From: Mayamaea pseudoterrestris
Taxonomy: Eukaryota
Reading direction: 5' to 3'
DNA: 64,000 nt
NCBI GenBank assembly: GCA_027923505.1
Contig: BROI01000007.1
Span: 1 to 64,000, forward strand
Positions 12,701-25,566 of this stretch are shown here, in pieces; within the stretch, counting starts at the first letter, position 1, and every line of letters starts with the position of its first letter. Position numbers and translations under genes: made by a program. Below the pieces are notes generated by a model. That model saw only the letters and a list, made by a program, of their open reading frames with translations, had not been told where the DNA came from and ran no database searches.

Positions 12701-15602
12701 TGTGGTGTTTGCATACCAGGGAGGCCGACCATGGTGTCAGCTCCAGGCAGTCCTTTTGCACCATTTGAGACTATGCACCTGTCAATGGCATACCCTGGAG
12801 ATGTTTTTGGCTGACATTGGGTATTTGTGGCCAGGCATGGGGCGCTTGACAGGAAGAATCTGCAACTTGTGGTGTTGTACCCACAGTGGAGGCCGTACCA
12901 TGTTGTCAGCCTCCAGGCAGTCCTTTTGCACCATTTGAGACTCTGCACCTGTCATGGCACCTGACATTTTTGCCTGATCATTGGTATTTGGGTGGCCAGG
13001 CATGGGGCGTTTGACAGGGAAGAATCTGCAACTTGTGGTGTTGGATACGGAGGCGCATCCGGTGTCAGCCTCCAGGCAGTCCTTTTTGCACCATTTGAGA
13101 CTCTGCACCTGTCAATGGCATACCCTGGAGATGTTTTTGCCTGATCATTGGGTATTTGGGTGGCCAGGGCATGGGGCGTTTGACAGGGAAGAATCTGAAT
13201 TCTGGTGTTGGCTATACCCACAGTGGAGACCACCTGTTTTCCTCCAGGCAGTCCTTTTTGCACCATTTGAGACTCTGCACCTGTCAATGGCATCCTGACA
13301 TGTTTTGCCTGACTCATTGGATATTTGGGTGGCCAGGGCATGGGGCATTTGACAGGGATGAATCTGCAACTTGTGGTGTTGGCTACCCACAGGAGGCGCA
13401 TGTTGTCAGCTCCAGGAAGTCCTTTGCACCATTTGAGACTATGCACCTGTCAATGGCATACCCTGGACAGGTTTTGCCTGACTCATTGGGTATTTGGGTG
13501 GCCAGGGCATGGGGCGTTTGACAGGGAAGAATCTGCAATTGTGGTGTTGGCATACCACAGGGAGGCGCCTTGTCAGCCTCCAGGCAGTCCTTTTTGCACC
13601 ATTTGAGACTATGCACTGGTCAAGGGCATACCTGGAGATGTTTTGCCTGACTCATTGGGTATTTGGGTGGCCGGGCATGGGGGCGTTTGACAGGGAAGAA
13701 TCTGCAACTTGTGGTGTTGCCATACCACAGTGGAGGCCGTACTCCATGGTGTCAGCCTCCAGGCAGTCCTTTTTGCACCATTTGAGACTCTGCACCTGTC
13801 AATGGCATCGCCTGGACATGTTTTGCCTGACTCATTGGGTATTTGGGTGGCCAGGGCATGTGGCGTTTGACAGGGAAGAATCTGCAACATGTGGTGTTGG
13901 CCATACCCAAGTGGAGGCCGTACATGTTGTCAGCCTCCAGGCAGTCCTATTTGCACCATTTGAGACCTGCACCTGTCAATGGCCTACCCTGGACATGTTT
14001 TGCCTGACTCATTGGGTATTTGGGTGGCCAGGGCATGGGGCGTTTGACAGAGAAGAATCTGCAACTTGTGGTGTTGCCATACCCACAGTGGAGGCCGTAC
14101 CCATGGTGTCAGCCTCCAGGCAGTCCTTTTTGCACCATTTGAGACTATGCACCTGTCAATGGCCTACCCTAGACATGTTTTGCCTGACTCATTGGGTATT
14201 TGGGTGGCCAGGGCATGGGGCGTTTGACAGGGAAGAATCTGCAACTTGTGGTGTTGGCCATACCCACAGTGGAGGCCGTACCCATGTTTTCAGCCTCCAG
14301 GCAGTCCTTTTGCACCATTTTAGACTATGCACCTGTCAATGGCATCCCCTGACATTTTTTGCCTGACTCATTGGGTATTTGGGTGGCCAGGGCATGGGGC
14401 GTTTGACAGGGATGAATCTGCAACTTGTGGTGTTGGCCATACCCACAGTGGAGGCCGTACCCATGTTGTCAGCCTCCAGGCAGTCCTTTTGCACCATTTG
14501 AGACTCTGCACCAGTCAATGGCATCCCCTGGACATGTTTTGCCTGACTCATTGGGTATTTGGGTGGCCAGGGCATGGGGCGTTGACAGGGATGAATCTGC
14601 AACTTGTGGTGTTGGCCATACCCACAGTGAAGGCCGTACCCATGTTGTCAGCCTCCAGGCAGTCCTTTTGGCACCATTTGAGACTATGCACCTGTCAATG
14701 GCCTACCCTGGTCATGTTTTGCCTGACTCATTGGGTATTTGGGTGGCCAGGGCATGGGGCGTTTGACAGGGAAGAATCTGCAACTTGTGGTGTTGGCCAT
14801 ACCCACAGTGGAGGCCGTACCCATGTTTTCAGCCTCCAGGCAGTCCTGTTCGCACCATTTGAGACTATGCACCTGTCAATGGCATACCCTGGACATGTTT
14901 TGCCTGACTCATTGGGTATTTGGGTGGCCAGGGCATGGGGTGTTTGACAGGGAAGAATCTGCAACTTGTGGTGTTGGCCATACCCACAGTGGAGGCGTAC
15001 CCATGTTGTCAGCCTCCAGGCAGTCCTTTTTGCACCATTTGAGACTATGCACCTGTCAATGGCATACCCTGGACATGTTTTGCCTGACTCATTGGGTATT
15101 TGGGTGGCCAGGCATGGGGCGTTTGACAGGGCAGAATCTGCAACTTGTGGTGTTGGCCATACCCACAGTGGAGGCCGTACCCATGGTGTCAGCCTCCAGG
15201 CAGTCCTTTTTGCACCATTTGAGACTATGCACCTGTCAATGGCATACCCTGGACATGTTTTGCCTGACTCATTGGGTATTTGGGTGGCCAGGGCATGGGG
15301 CGTTTGACAGGGAAGAATCTGCAACTTGTGGTGTTGGCCATACCCACAGTGGAGGCCGTACCCATGTTTTCAGCCTCCAGGCAGTCCTTTTTTGCACCAT
15401 TTGAGACTCTGCACCTGTCAATGGCATCCCCTGGACATGTTTTGCCTGACCCATTGGGTATTAGGGTGGCCAGGGCATGGGGCGTTTGACAGGGAAGAAT
15501 CTGCAACTTGTGGTGTTGGCCATACCCACAGTGGAGGCCGTACCCATGTTGTCAGCCTCCAGGCAGTCCTTTTTGCACCATTTGAGACTATGCACCTGTC
15601 AA
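3728..15602. repeat. Satellite A tandem array, ~180-181 bp monomer, roughly 65 copies
   Basis: The monomer GCACCATTTGAGACTCTGCACCTGTCAATGGCATACCCTGGACATG...CCAGGCAGTCCTTTT recurs at 4270, 4450, 4630, 4811 and onward. Copies are clean at ~4250-4950 and ~13600-15600 and indel-rich between. Confidence 0.98.
9326..11226. repeat. Exact 950-bp tandem duplication within SatA
   Basis: 9326-10276 matches 10276-11226 including private indels; ORF pairs are offset by 950 (9446/10396, 9536/10486). Confidence 0.93.
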
Positions 15603-15675
15603 GGAGGGCAGGACAGGTTTCCGACCGGGATTTGGGCCAGGCATGCGCAGGCTAAATGCAACGGGAACCATGGTA

Positions 15676-15770
15676 TTCACACTGGTGGAACAATGACACT
15701 TGGACAAGGATCAGTGTACAGTACGTCGGCTAAACAGAAGTTGGTAACAAGAAGCTCGACGGAGAATGAA
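15676..15770 (+). pseudogene. Copia RNase H N-terminal fragment
   Basis: HTGGTMTLGQGSVYSTSAKQKLVTRSSTE matches the copia RNase H pattern S.KQK...RSSTE. Confidence 0.7.
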
Positions 15771-16126
15771 AATAACAATATGGCTGGACTCAGCACACGA
15801 TATCGCATCTAACCATGCAAGACAGGTGCCGTGCAGGCCCTCTGTGGGTCATTTGCACATTGTACGAGGAAAAGATTGAAATGCAAAAGGGGCCTGATCA
15901 CAATGATGACAGCAGATTGCCTAACAGAGAGGTGCCAGAGGCCCGGTGGGCACTATATGGACAATGAGATTGACGAGGAAAAGAACGCACCAGTGGTCTG
16001 CATAACATAGGCCGTACACTCCACACCCACTACGCATCTAACCATGCAAGACAGGTGCCCGTGCAGGCCCTCTGTGGGTCACTTTCAATTACAGTGGGTG
16101 TTGTCATTTGAGGAAAAGATTGAAAG

Positions 16127-16765
16127 GTTGGCAGGTACTATGTGATTGCCTATCCTAGCAGTGGCAAACATCAGATCCCCACAACCTCTTTGCAAACTGG
16201 CTTGGGGCATGATGCAAGGTCACAAATTGATATTGTATAGTGCATTCACTTTGTGCATATGCCTCCAGATCCGCAGGAGTTGCTGGTATGTACCACCCAA
16301 CTGCTGAACACCAACCTAGCAGTGGCAAACATGAAGTGACCACAAACTATATGCGTACAGCTACTGTGCGTAATCCAAGAGCACAAGACATGCCTCCTTG
16401 GTGAATTTGGTTTGCACATAAGCCTCCTGCCTGCCTTTGGCCTTCAGGTCAGCAGCTTCTGTTGGCAGGTACTTTGTGACTGCCTATCCTAGCAGCGGAA
16501 AACATAAGATCCCCACAACCTCTTTGTCAACTGGCTTGGGGCATGATCCAAGGTCACAAATTGATTTTGTATAGTGCATTCACTTTGTGCATTTGCCTCC
16601 TGCTTGTTGCCTGCCTCCAGATCCGCAGGAATTGCTGGTATGTACTACCCAACTTCCAAACACCAACCTATCATTGGAAACATGAAGTGACCACACACTC
16701 TATGCGTACAGCCACTGTGCATGATCCAAGGGCACAAGACATACCTCCTTGGGGAATTTGGTTTG
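16127..16765. repeat. Satellite B, first block (~2 units)
   Basis: Same unit as 18869-20868 (CTAGCAGTGGCAAACAT, GCATGATCCAAGG motifs). Confidence 0.9.
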
Positions 16766-16890
16766 CCTCTGCCTTTGCCGGTGCCCCGCTTGTTGGGGGC
16801 AGCAGGTCACAATGGTGCACTGTGCATTGCCCCTTGTTCTGCCTCCAGCCAGGAGTGCTGTATCTCACCACGCCGAAAACGTGCAAACAA

Positions 16891-17275
16891 GGGACTCAGA
16901 TCTCGTTGACGGATCCGTGTTGACTAGTTGCACTCAAAGATGCTAGGTGTAACAGCTTTTGTTATTTCGAGCGTGAGTGGTAAAAGTGAGAGAGCACATT
17001 TCATAGTGACTCGGCAGGATGTTTGTTCTCTGTGATGCTGGTACTGCTACGGTTCGAATCTCCGTTTTTCTGGATTCTCCTTATCGAATCAGGCCGTAAG
17101 TTTGTTCTCCTTATTTCTGGTAAAATGCGACTCCCAACATCCGGGGTCTCCTCCGGGTCTGAATCAGGGTCAGTGCATCTTCGGGTCGACTTCCTTTCAC
17201 TGTGTTAGGGTTGTGATGATGTCAGGTTGTTGTCAGCTAGGCTTCTCAAACAGTGAAGGGGCCACGAGGTTCAGC
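16891..17275. repeat. Dispersed repeat of unknown origin, copy 1
   Basis: Shares GGACTCAGATCTCGTTGACGGATCCGTGTTGACT and ATCGAATCAGGCCGTAAGTTTGTTCTCC...CTAGGCTTCTCAAAC with 18359-18868. Confidence 0.75.
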
Positions 17276-17604
17276 ACCCTTCCCGGGGGAGGATGGATCA
17301 GGATATCAACCGTTATACAGGTCCTGTCGGGGAGACGAATCTGAGTGAAGGATCCTTGAGCTCTCGGGGTTTTGCCCAATTTCGTGGGGGAGTTTCGGAG
17401 GAAATCTCCTCTATTTGGTGTTGAAGTAGGTATCTCTTGCGTTTTGTTTCTGCATGTGTGTCTTGCCTGTTGGGAGCGGCGTTGGCTTGGGGTGGGTTTG
17501 TTCGAGGTATAGAAGTTGCCGCTTGCTGAACGGAAATTTTGCTGTCTGTTACTTAGTTCTTCGTCTTCGTCGAGTTTGCAGGATGCTGCCAGGTAGTGCA
17601 GGCA

Positions 17605-18320
17605 GTCTGTGGAGGCCGTACCCATGTGTCAGCCTCCAGGCAGTCCTTTTGCACCATTTGAGACTCTGCACTCGTCAATGGCATCCTGGACATGTTTACC
17701 TGGCTCATTGGGTATTTGGGTGGCCAGGGCATGGGGCGTTTGACGGGAAGAATCTGCAGCTTGTGGTGGCATCCCCCCGGTGGGCGGTGGTGTCGGCCTC
17801 AGGCGATCCTTTTGCACCGACTGGACTATAATAGTGGCACTACCCTGGACATGTTTTGCCTGACTCATTGGGTATTTGTGTGGCCAGGGCATGGGGCGTT
17901 TGACAGGGAAGAATCTGCAACTTGGGTGGCCAGGGCATGGGGCGTTTGACAGGGAAGAATCTGCAACTTGTGGTGTTGGCATACCCACAGTGGAGAGCGT
18001 ATGGTGGGCCTCCAGGCAGTCCTTTTTGCACCATTTAGAGACTGCTCCACACCTGTCAATAGCATACCCTGGACATGTTTTGCCTGACTCATTGGGTATT
18101 TATTGGCCAGGGCGTGGTGTTGGCCATAGCCCACCGTGGAGGCCGTACCCATGGTGTCAGCCTCCAGGCAGTCCTTTTTGCACCATTTGAGACTTGCACT
18201 GTCAATGGCATACCCTGGACATGTTTGGCCTGACTCATTGGGCATTTGGGTGGCCAGGGCATGGGGCGTTTGACAGGTCAGAATCGACAACTTGTGGTGC
18301 TGGCCATACCCACCGTGGGT
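17605..18320. repeat. Satellite A, short degenerate block (~4 monomers)
   Basis: SatA monomers with indels and an internal partial duplication. Confidence 0.9.
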
Positions 18321-18358
18321 GCCTTGCTCTGGTCCAACGGCAAGTCGCGACTTTGCTT

Positions 18359-18868
18359 GGACTCAGATCTCGTTGACGGATCCGTGTTGACTAAAATGCT
18401 TTGCGACCCTCTAAAGATGCTACGGTGTAACAGCTTTGTTATTTCGGAGAGTGAGCTTGTTTGCTCGAATGTTAAAATCTAGTCGTGCGTAATTAGTTCC
18501 GTCTGATTGTCGGAACCGAATGTTCGGGAGAGCTCGTGTACATCAGGCCTTTCATAGCTGCATCTCGGCAGATGGAGGTTCCTGGTTGTGGTTGTCCCTC
18601 GCTGTAGATGCCTGGTACTCAGCTACTGTTCGAATCTCCGTTCTTTCGGGCATTCTCCTTATCGAATCAGGCCGTAAGTTTGTTCTCCTTATTTCTGGTA
18701 AAATGCGACCTCTAACATCCGGGGTCTCCTCCGGGTCTGAATCAGGGTCATAGTATCTTTCGGGTCGATCTCCTTTCACGTCATGTGTTAGGGTTGTGAT
18801 GATGTCAGGTTGTTCGTCAGCTAGGCTTCTCAAACCTGAAGTGAAGGCGGCCACAAACGAGGCTTCAG
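18359..18868. repeat. Dispersed repeat of unknown origin, copy 2
   Basis: Homologous to 16891-17275; its minus frame reads YYDPDSDPEETPDVRGRILPEIRRTNLRPDSIRR. Confidence 0.75.
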
Positions 18869-20868
18869 CATGAAGTGCCCACACACTCTATGCGTACAGC
18901 CACTGTGCATGATCCAAGGGCACAAGACATAACGCCTTGGTGAATTTGGTTTGCGCATCAGCCTCCTGCTTGCCTTTGGTCTTCAGGTCAGCAGCATCTG
19001 TTGGCAGGTACTATGTGACTGCCTAACCTAGCAGTGGCAACATCAGATCCCCACAACCTCTTTGTAAACTGACTTGCGGCATGATCCAAGGTCACAAATT
19101 GATATTGAATAGTGCATTCACTTTGTGCATTTGCCTCCTGCTTGTTGCCTGCCTCCAGATCCGCAGGAGTTGCTGGTATTTACTACTTAACTGCCAAACA
19201 CCAACCTAGCAGTGGCAAACATGAAGTGCCCACACACTCTATGCGTACAGCCACTGTGCATGATCCAAAAGCACAAGACATACCTCCTTGGTGAATTTGG
19301 TTTGCGCATCAGCCTCCTGCTTGCCTTTGGCCTTCAGATCAGCAGCTTCTGTTGGTAGGTACTATGTGACTGCCTATCCTAGCAGTGGCAAACATCAGAT
19401 CCCCACAACCTCTTTGTAAACTGGCTTGCGGCATGGTCAAAGGTCACAAATTGATATTGTATAGTGCATTCACTTTGTGCATTTGCCTCCTGCTTGTTGC
19501 CTGCCTCCAGATCCGCAGGAATTGCTGGTATGTACTACCCAACTTCCGAACACCAACCTATCATTGGAAACATGAAGTGACCACACACTCTATGCGTACA
19601 GCCACTGTGCATGATCCAAGGGCACAAGACATACCTCCTTGGGGAATTTGGTTTGTGCATCACCTCCTCTTGCCTTTGCCTTCAGGTCAGCAGCTTCTGT
19701 TGGCAGGTACTATGTGACTGCCTACCCTAGCAGTGGCAAACATCAGATCCCCACAACCTCTTTGTAAATTGGCTTGGGGCATGATCCAAGGTCACAAATG
19801 GATAGTGCATAGTGCATTCACTTTGTGCATTTGCCTCCTGCTTGTTGCCTGCCTTCAGATCCGCAGGAGTTGCTGGTATTTACTACTTAACTGCCAAACA
19901 CCAACCTAGCAGTGGCAAACATGAAGTGCCCACACACTCTATGCGTACAGCCACTGTGCATGATCCAAAAGCACAAGACATACCTCCTTGGTGAATTTGG
20001 TTTGCGCATCAGCCTCCTGCTTGCCTTTGGCCTTCAGATCAGCAGCTTCTGTTGGTAGGTACTATGTGACTGCCTACCCTAGCAGTGGCAAACATCAGAT
20101 CCCCACAATTTCTTTGTAAACTGGCTTGGGACATGATCCAAGGTCACAAATGGATATTGTATAGTGCATGCACTTTGTGCATTTGCCTCCTGCTTGTTGC
20201 CTGCCTCCAGATCCGCAGGAGTTGCTGGTATTCACTACTTAACTGCCGAACACCAACCTAGAAGTGGCATACATGAAGTAGCCACACACTCTATGCGTGC
20301 AGCCACTGTGCATGATCCAAGGGCACAAGGCATACCTCCTTGGTGAATTTGGTATGCGCATCAGCCTCCTGCTTGCCTTTTGCCTTCAGATCAGCTGCTT
20401 CTGTTGGTAGGTACGGCATGATCCAAGGCCACAAATTGATATTGTATAGTGCAATCACTTTGTGCATTTGCCTCCTGCTTGTTGCCTGCCTCCAGATCCG
20501 CAGGAGTTGCTGGTATGTACCACCCAACTGCCAAACACCAACCTAGCAGTGGCAAACATGAAGTGCCCGCACACTCTATGCGTACAGCCACTGTGCATGA
20601 TCCAAGGGCACAAGACATAACGCCTTGGTGAATTTGGTTTGCGCATCAGCCTCCTGCTTGCCTTTGGTCTTCAGGTCAGCAGCTTCTGTTGGCAGGTACT
20701 ATGTGACTGCCTAACCTAGCAGTGGCAAACATCAGATCCCCACAACCTCTTTGTAAACTGACTTGCGGCATGATCCAAGGTCACAAATTGATATTGAATA
20801 GGGCATTCACTTTGTGCATTTGCCTCCTGCTTGTTGCCTGCCTCCAGATCCGCAGGAGTTGCTGGTAT
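18869..20868. repeat. Satellite B array, ~351-bp unit made of two diverged ~173-178 bp halves (~5.7 units)
   Basis: GCAGTGGCAA(A)CATCAG recurs at ~19031, 19382, 19730, 20082. The alternate half GCAGTGGCAAACATGAAG is at ~19209 and 19909. Confidence 0.96.
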
Positions 20869-20869
20869 T

Positions 20870-22883
20870 CTCTGTAGCATTGGCCAGAGCTTGGTGCCTG
20901 AAATCCATTACTGGCATGTATAACAGTCACTTACATATATGTTTGGCCTTCTGCGCAAGAATAGATCATTCCAAGTGCTTGTGGGTGTCAGAGCAAGTGG
21001 CATATAGCAGGAACAATGGCTAGGCCCATCATTTTATGGTTCATAAAACAATGAAATGGAGACTATACCAATCCATGGCGCCCTTCCACAACCGTGGCAG
21101 GACAGCAGTGGCTTGTTTGACTGATCAATGATGCACTGCATCCTCCTTCAGCAAGTGGTGGGAGCCTGGTTGGTGTTTGGCAGTCAACTAAAGTGTTTGT
21201 TTTCACACAGTCTCTGAAGCATTGGCCAGAGCTTGGCCAGACCTTGGCCAGAGCTTGGTGCCCCAAATCCATTATTGGTATGTTTAACAGTCACTTACAT
21301 ATATGTTTGATCTTCTGCGCAAAAATGGATCATTCCAAGTGCTTGTGGGTGCCAGAGCAAATGGCATATAGCAGGAACAATGGCTAGGCCCATCATTTTA
21401 TGGTTCATAAAACAATGAAATAGAGATTATACCAATCCATGGCGCCCTTCCAATACCATGACAGGACAGCAGTGGCTTGTTTTACTGATCAATGATGCAC
21501 TACAGCCTTCTTCAGCAAGTGGTGGGAGCCTGGTTGGTGTTTGGCAGTCAGCTGGTGCAGTCGTTTTCACACAGTCTCTGGAGCATTGGCCAGAGCTTGG
21601 CTTGAGCTAGGTGCCTGAAATCCATTATTGGCATGTAGAACAAACACTTACATATATTTTTGGGTTTCTGCGCATGAATGGATCATTCCAAGTGCTTGTG
21701 GGTGCCAGAGCAAGTGGCATATAGCAGGAACAATGGCTAGGCCCATCATTTTATGGTTCATAAAACAATGAAATGGAGACTATACCAATCCATGGCGCCC
21801 TTCCACAACCATGCCAGGACAGCATTGGCTTGTTTGACTGATCAATGATGCACTGAAGATTCCTTCAGCAGGTGGTGGGAGCCTGGCTGGTGTTTGGCAG
21901 TCAGCTGGTGTGGTCGTTTTCACACAGTCTCTGGAGCATTGGCCAGAGCTTGGCTTGAGCTAGGTGCCTGAAATCCATTATTGGCATGTAGAACAAACAC
22001 TTACATATATTTTTGGGTTTCTGCGCATGAATGGATCATTCCAAGTGCTTGTGGGTGCCAGAGCAAGTGGCATATAGCAGGAACAATGGCTAGGCCCATC
22101 ATTTTATGGTTCATAAAACAAAGAAATGGAGACTATACCAATCCATGGCGCCCTTCCACTACCATGGCAGGACAGCAGTGGCTTGTTTGACTGATCAATG
22201 ATGCACTGCAGCCTCCTTCAGCAAGTGGTGGAAGCCTGGTTGGTGTTTGGCAGTCAGCTGGTGTGGTCGTTTTCACAAAGTCTCTGGAGCATTGGCCAGA
22301 GCTTGGCCAGAGCTTGGTGCCTGAAATCCATTATTGGCATGTAGAACAGTCACTTACAGTTTTATTTTGGGCTGCGCAAGAATGGATCATTCCAAGTGCT
22401 TGTGGGTGCCAGAGCAAGTGGCATATAGCAGGAACAATGGCTAGGCCCATCATTGTATGGTTCATAAAACAATGAAATGGAGACTATACCAATCCATGGC
22501 GCCCTTCCACTACCATGGCAGGACAGCAGTGGCTTGTTTGATGAATCAACGATGCATTGAAGCCTTCTTCAGCAAGTGGTGGGAGCCTGGTTGGTGTTTT
22601 GCAGTCAACTGGTGTGTTTGTGTTCAAACTGTCTCAGGAGCATTTGCCAGAGCTTGGCCAGAGCGTGGTGCCTGAAATACATTCTTGGGATGTAGAACAG
22701 TCGCTAACATTTATATTTTGGGTTTCTGCGCAAGAATGGATCATTCCAAGTGCTTGTGGGTTCCAGAGCAAGTGGCATATAGCAGGAGCAATGGCTAGGC
22801 CCATCATTGTATGGTTCATAAAACAATGAAATGGAGACTATACCAATCCATGGCACCCTTCCACTACCATGGCAGGACAGCAG
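20870..22883. repeat. Satellite C array, ~353-bp unit (~5.7 units)
   Basis: CATATAGCAGGA recurs at ~21001, 21365, 21718, 22071, 22422, 22776. Confidence 0.96.
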
Positions 22884-22884
22884 A

Positions 22885-23239
22885 TTTTTGCACCATTTGA
22901 GACTCTGCACCTGTCAATGGCATACCCTGGACATGTTTTGCCTGACTCATCGGGTATTTGGGTGGCCAGGGCATGGGGCGTGTGACAGGTAAGAATCTAC
23001 AACTTGTGGTGTTGGCCATACCCACAGTGGAGGCCATACCCATGGTGTCAGCCTCCAGGCAGTCCTTTTTTGCACCATTTGAGACTCCGCACCTGTCAAT
23101 GGCATACCCGGGAAATGTTTTGCCTGACTCCTTGGGTGGCCAGGGCATGGGGCGTTTGACAGGGAAGAATCTGCAACTTGTGGTGTTGGCCATACCCACA
23201 GTGGAGGCCGTACCCATGGTGTCAGCCTCCAGGCAGTCC
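22885..23239. repeat. Satellite A, two monomers
   Basis: Canonical SatA sequence. Confidence 0.93.
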
Positions 23240-24908
23240 GTTTTGTACCATTTCAGACCATCCACATGTCAATGGCACACCCAGGACATGTTTTGCCTGA
23301 CTCATTGGGTTGTTGGGTGGCCAGGGCATGGGGCATTGTAGTGGTATGATTCCATAATTTGGGGTGTTGACCACACCCATCTTGCAGACCATTCCATGCT
23401 GTAGGCCTCCAGGCAGTCCGTTTTGCACCATGTCAGACCATTCTCATGTCAATGGCACACCCTGGACATGTTTTGCATGACTCATTGGGTTGTTGGGTGA
23501 TCAGGGCACGGGGCATTGTAGTGGTATGATTCCATAATTTGGGGTGTTGGCCACACCCATTTTGCAGATGGTGTAGGCCTCCAGGCAGTCCGTGTTGCAC
23601 CATTTCAGACCATCCTCATGCCAATGGCACAGGCTGGACATGTTTTGCCTGACTCATTGGGTTGTTGGGTGGCCAGGGCATGGGGCATTGCAGTGGTATG
23701 ATTCCATAATTTGGAGTGTTGGCCACACCCATCTTGTAGACCATTCCATGCTGTAGGCCTCCAGGCAGTCCGTTTTGTACCATTTCAGACCATCCACATG
23801 TCAATGGCACACCCAGGACATGTTTTGCCTGACTCATTGGGTTGTTGGGTGGCCAGGGCATGGGGCATTGTAGTGGTATGATTCCATAATTTGGGGTGTT
23901 GACCACACCCATCTTGCAGACCATTCCATGCTGTAGGCCTCCAGGCAGTCCGTTTTGCACCATGTCAGACCATCCTCATGTCAATGGCACACCCTGGACA
24001 TGTTTTGCCTGACTCATTGGGTTGTTGGGTGATCAGGGCACGGGGCATTGTAGTGGTATGATTCCATAATTTGGGGTGTTGGCCACACCCATTTTGCAGA
24101 TGGTGTAGGCCTCCAGGCAGTCCGTTTTGCACCATTTCAGACCATCCTCATGCCAATGGCACAGGCTGGACATGTTTTGCCTGACTCATTGGGTTGTTGG
24201 GTGGCCAGGGCATGGGGCATTGCAGTGGTATGATTCCATAATTTGGGGTGTTGGCCACACCCATCTTGTAGACCATTCCATGCTGTAGGCCTCCAGGCAG
24301 TCCGTTTTGTACCATTTCAGACCATCCACATGTCAATGGCACACCCAGGACATGTTTTGCCTGACTCATTGGGTTGTTGGGTGGCCAGGGCATGGGGCAT
24401 TGCAGTGGTATGATTCCATAATTTGGAGTGTTGGCCACACCCATCTTGCAGACCATTCCATGCTGTAGGCCTCCAGGCAGTCCGTTTTGCACCATGTCAG
24501 ACCATCCTCATGTCAATGGCACACCCTGGACATGTTTTGCATGACTCATTGGGTTGTTGGGTGATCAGGGCATGGGGCATTGTAGTGGTATGATTCCATA
24601 ATTTGGGGTGTTGCCACACCCATCTTGCAGATGGTGTAGGCCTCCAGGCAGTCCGTTTCGCACCATTTCAGACCATCCTCATGTCAATGGCACAGGCTGG
24701 ACATGTTTTGCCTGACTCATTAGGTTGTTGGGTGGCCAGGGCACGGGGCATTGTAGTGGTATGATTCCATAATTTGGGGTGTTGGCCACACCAAGCCTGC
24801 AGTCCATTCCGTGGTGTAGGCCTCCAGGAAGTCCGTTTCGCACCATTTCCAACCATCCTCATGTCAATGGCACACGCTGGACATGTTTTGCCTGACTCAT
24901 TGGGTTGT
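23240..24908. repeat. Satellite A-prime variant arranged as a 532-bp trimeric higher-order repeat
   Basis: SatA backbone with substituted segments (GTAGTGGTATGATTCCATAATTTGG). The diagnostic TTTTGTACCATTTCAGACCATCCACATG is at 23241, 23773 and 24305 (period 532). Confidence 0.94.
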
Positions 24909-24909
24909 A

Positions 24910-25101
24910 TGACTGATCAATGATGCACTGAAGCCTCCTTCAGCAAGTGGTGGGAGCCTGGTTGGTGTTTGGCAGTCAATTGATGTGTTTGTTTTTACAC
25001 ATTCTCTGGAGCATTGGTCACAGTGTGGCCATAGCCTGGTGCTTGTAATTCATGACATGGGATGTAGAGCAGTCACCAAAGATATATTTTGGGTTTGTGC
25101 G
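24910..25101. repeat. Satellite C partial unit
   Basis: GACTGATCAATGATGCACTG...CAGCAAGTGGTGGGAGCCTGGTTGG as in SatC. Confidence 0.85.
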
Positions 25102-25102
25102 T

Positions 25103-25257
25103 TGTAACTTGTAAATCAAATCGTTGCACCTTTCGCTTGTAGCTGTCCTTGGATGGCCAATCCAAGCTTGCAGTTGCTACAATACGAGAGACGAATAAAT
25201 CGCTTTCTTAACTCTTCAAGCTTAGTAAGTCTGCTTGTTTCTACTCTATATCGCACT
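25103..25257 (-). repeat. Partial (155 bp) 3' LTR of copia family F1
   Basis: Reverse complement of 44167-44321. Confidence 0.92.
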
Positions 25258-25566
25258 CCATGTTTTCAGCCTCCAGGCAGTCCTTTTTGGCACCATTTGA
25301 GACTCTGCACCTGTCAATGGATCCCCTGCACATGTTTTGCCTGACTTGGATTTGGGTGGGCGGGTGTTTGACAGGGAAGAATCTGCAATTGGTGCACCCA
25401 CAGTGCCTTTAGCGCAGGCAGTCCTTTTGCACCATTTGAGACTATGCACCTGTCAATGGCCTACCTGGACATGTTTTGCCTGGACTCCATTGGGTATTTG
25501 GTGGCCATGGCGTGGGGCGTTTTGACAGGGAAGAAGCTGCACCTTGGTTGTTGGCCATACCCACAG
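25258..25566. repeat. Satellite A block (~1.7 monomers) inside an F1 element
   Basis: SatA sequence lies between the partial LTR and the RNase H coding region. Confidence 0.9.

Noticed and set aside
3728..25566. Numerous ORFs (up to 290 aa) in the satellites
   Set aside because: They arise from stop-poor repeat monomers cycling through frames, indels are frame-agnostic, and there is no domain similarity.
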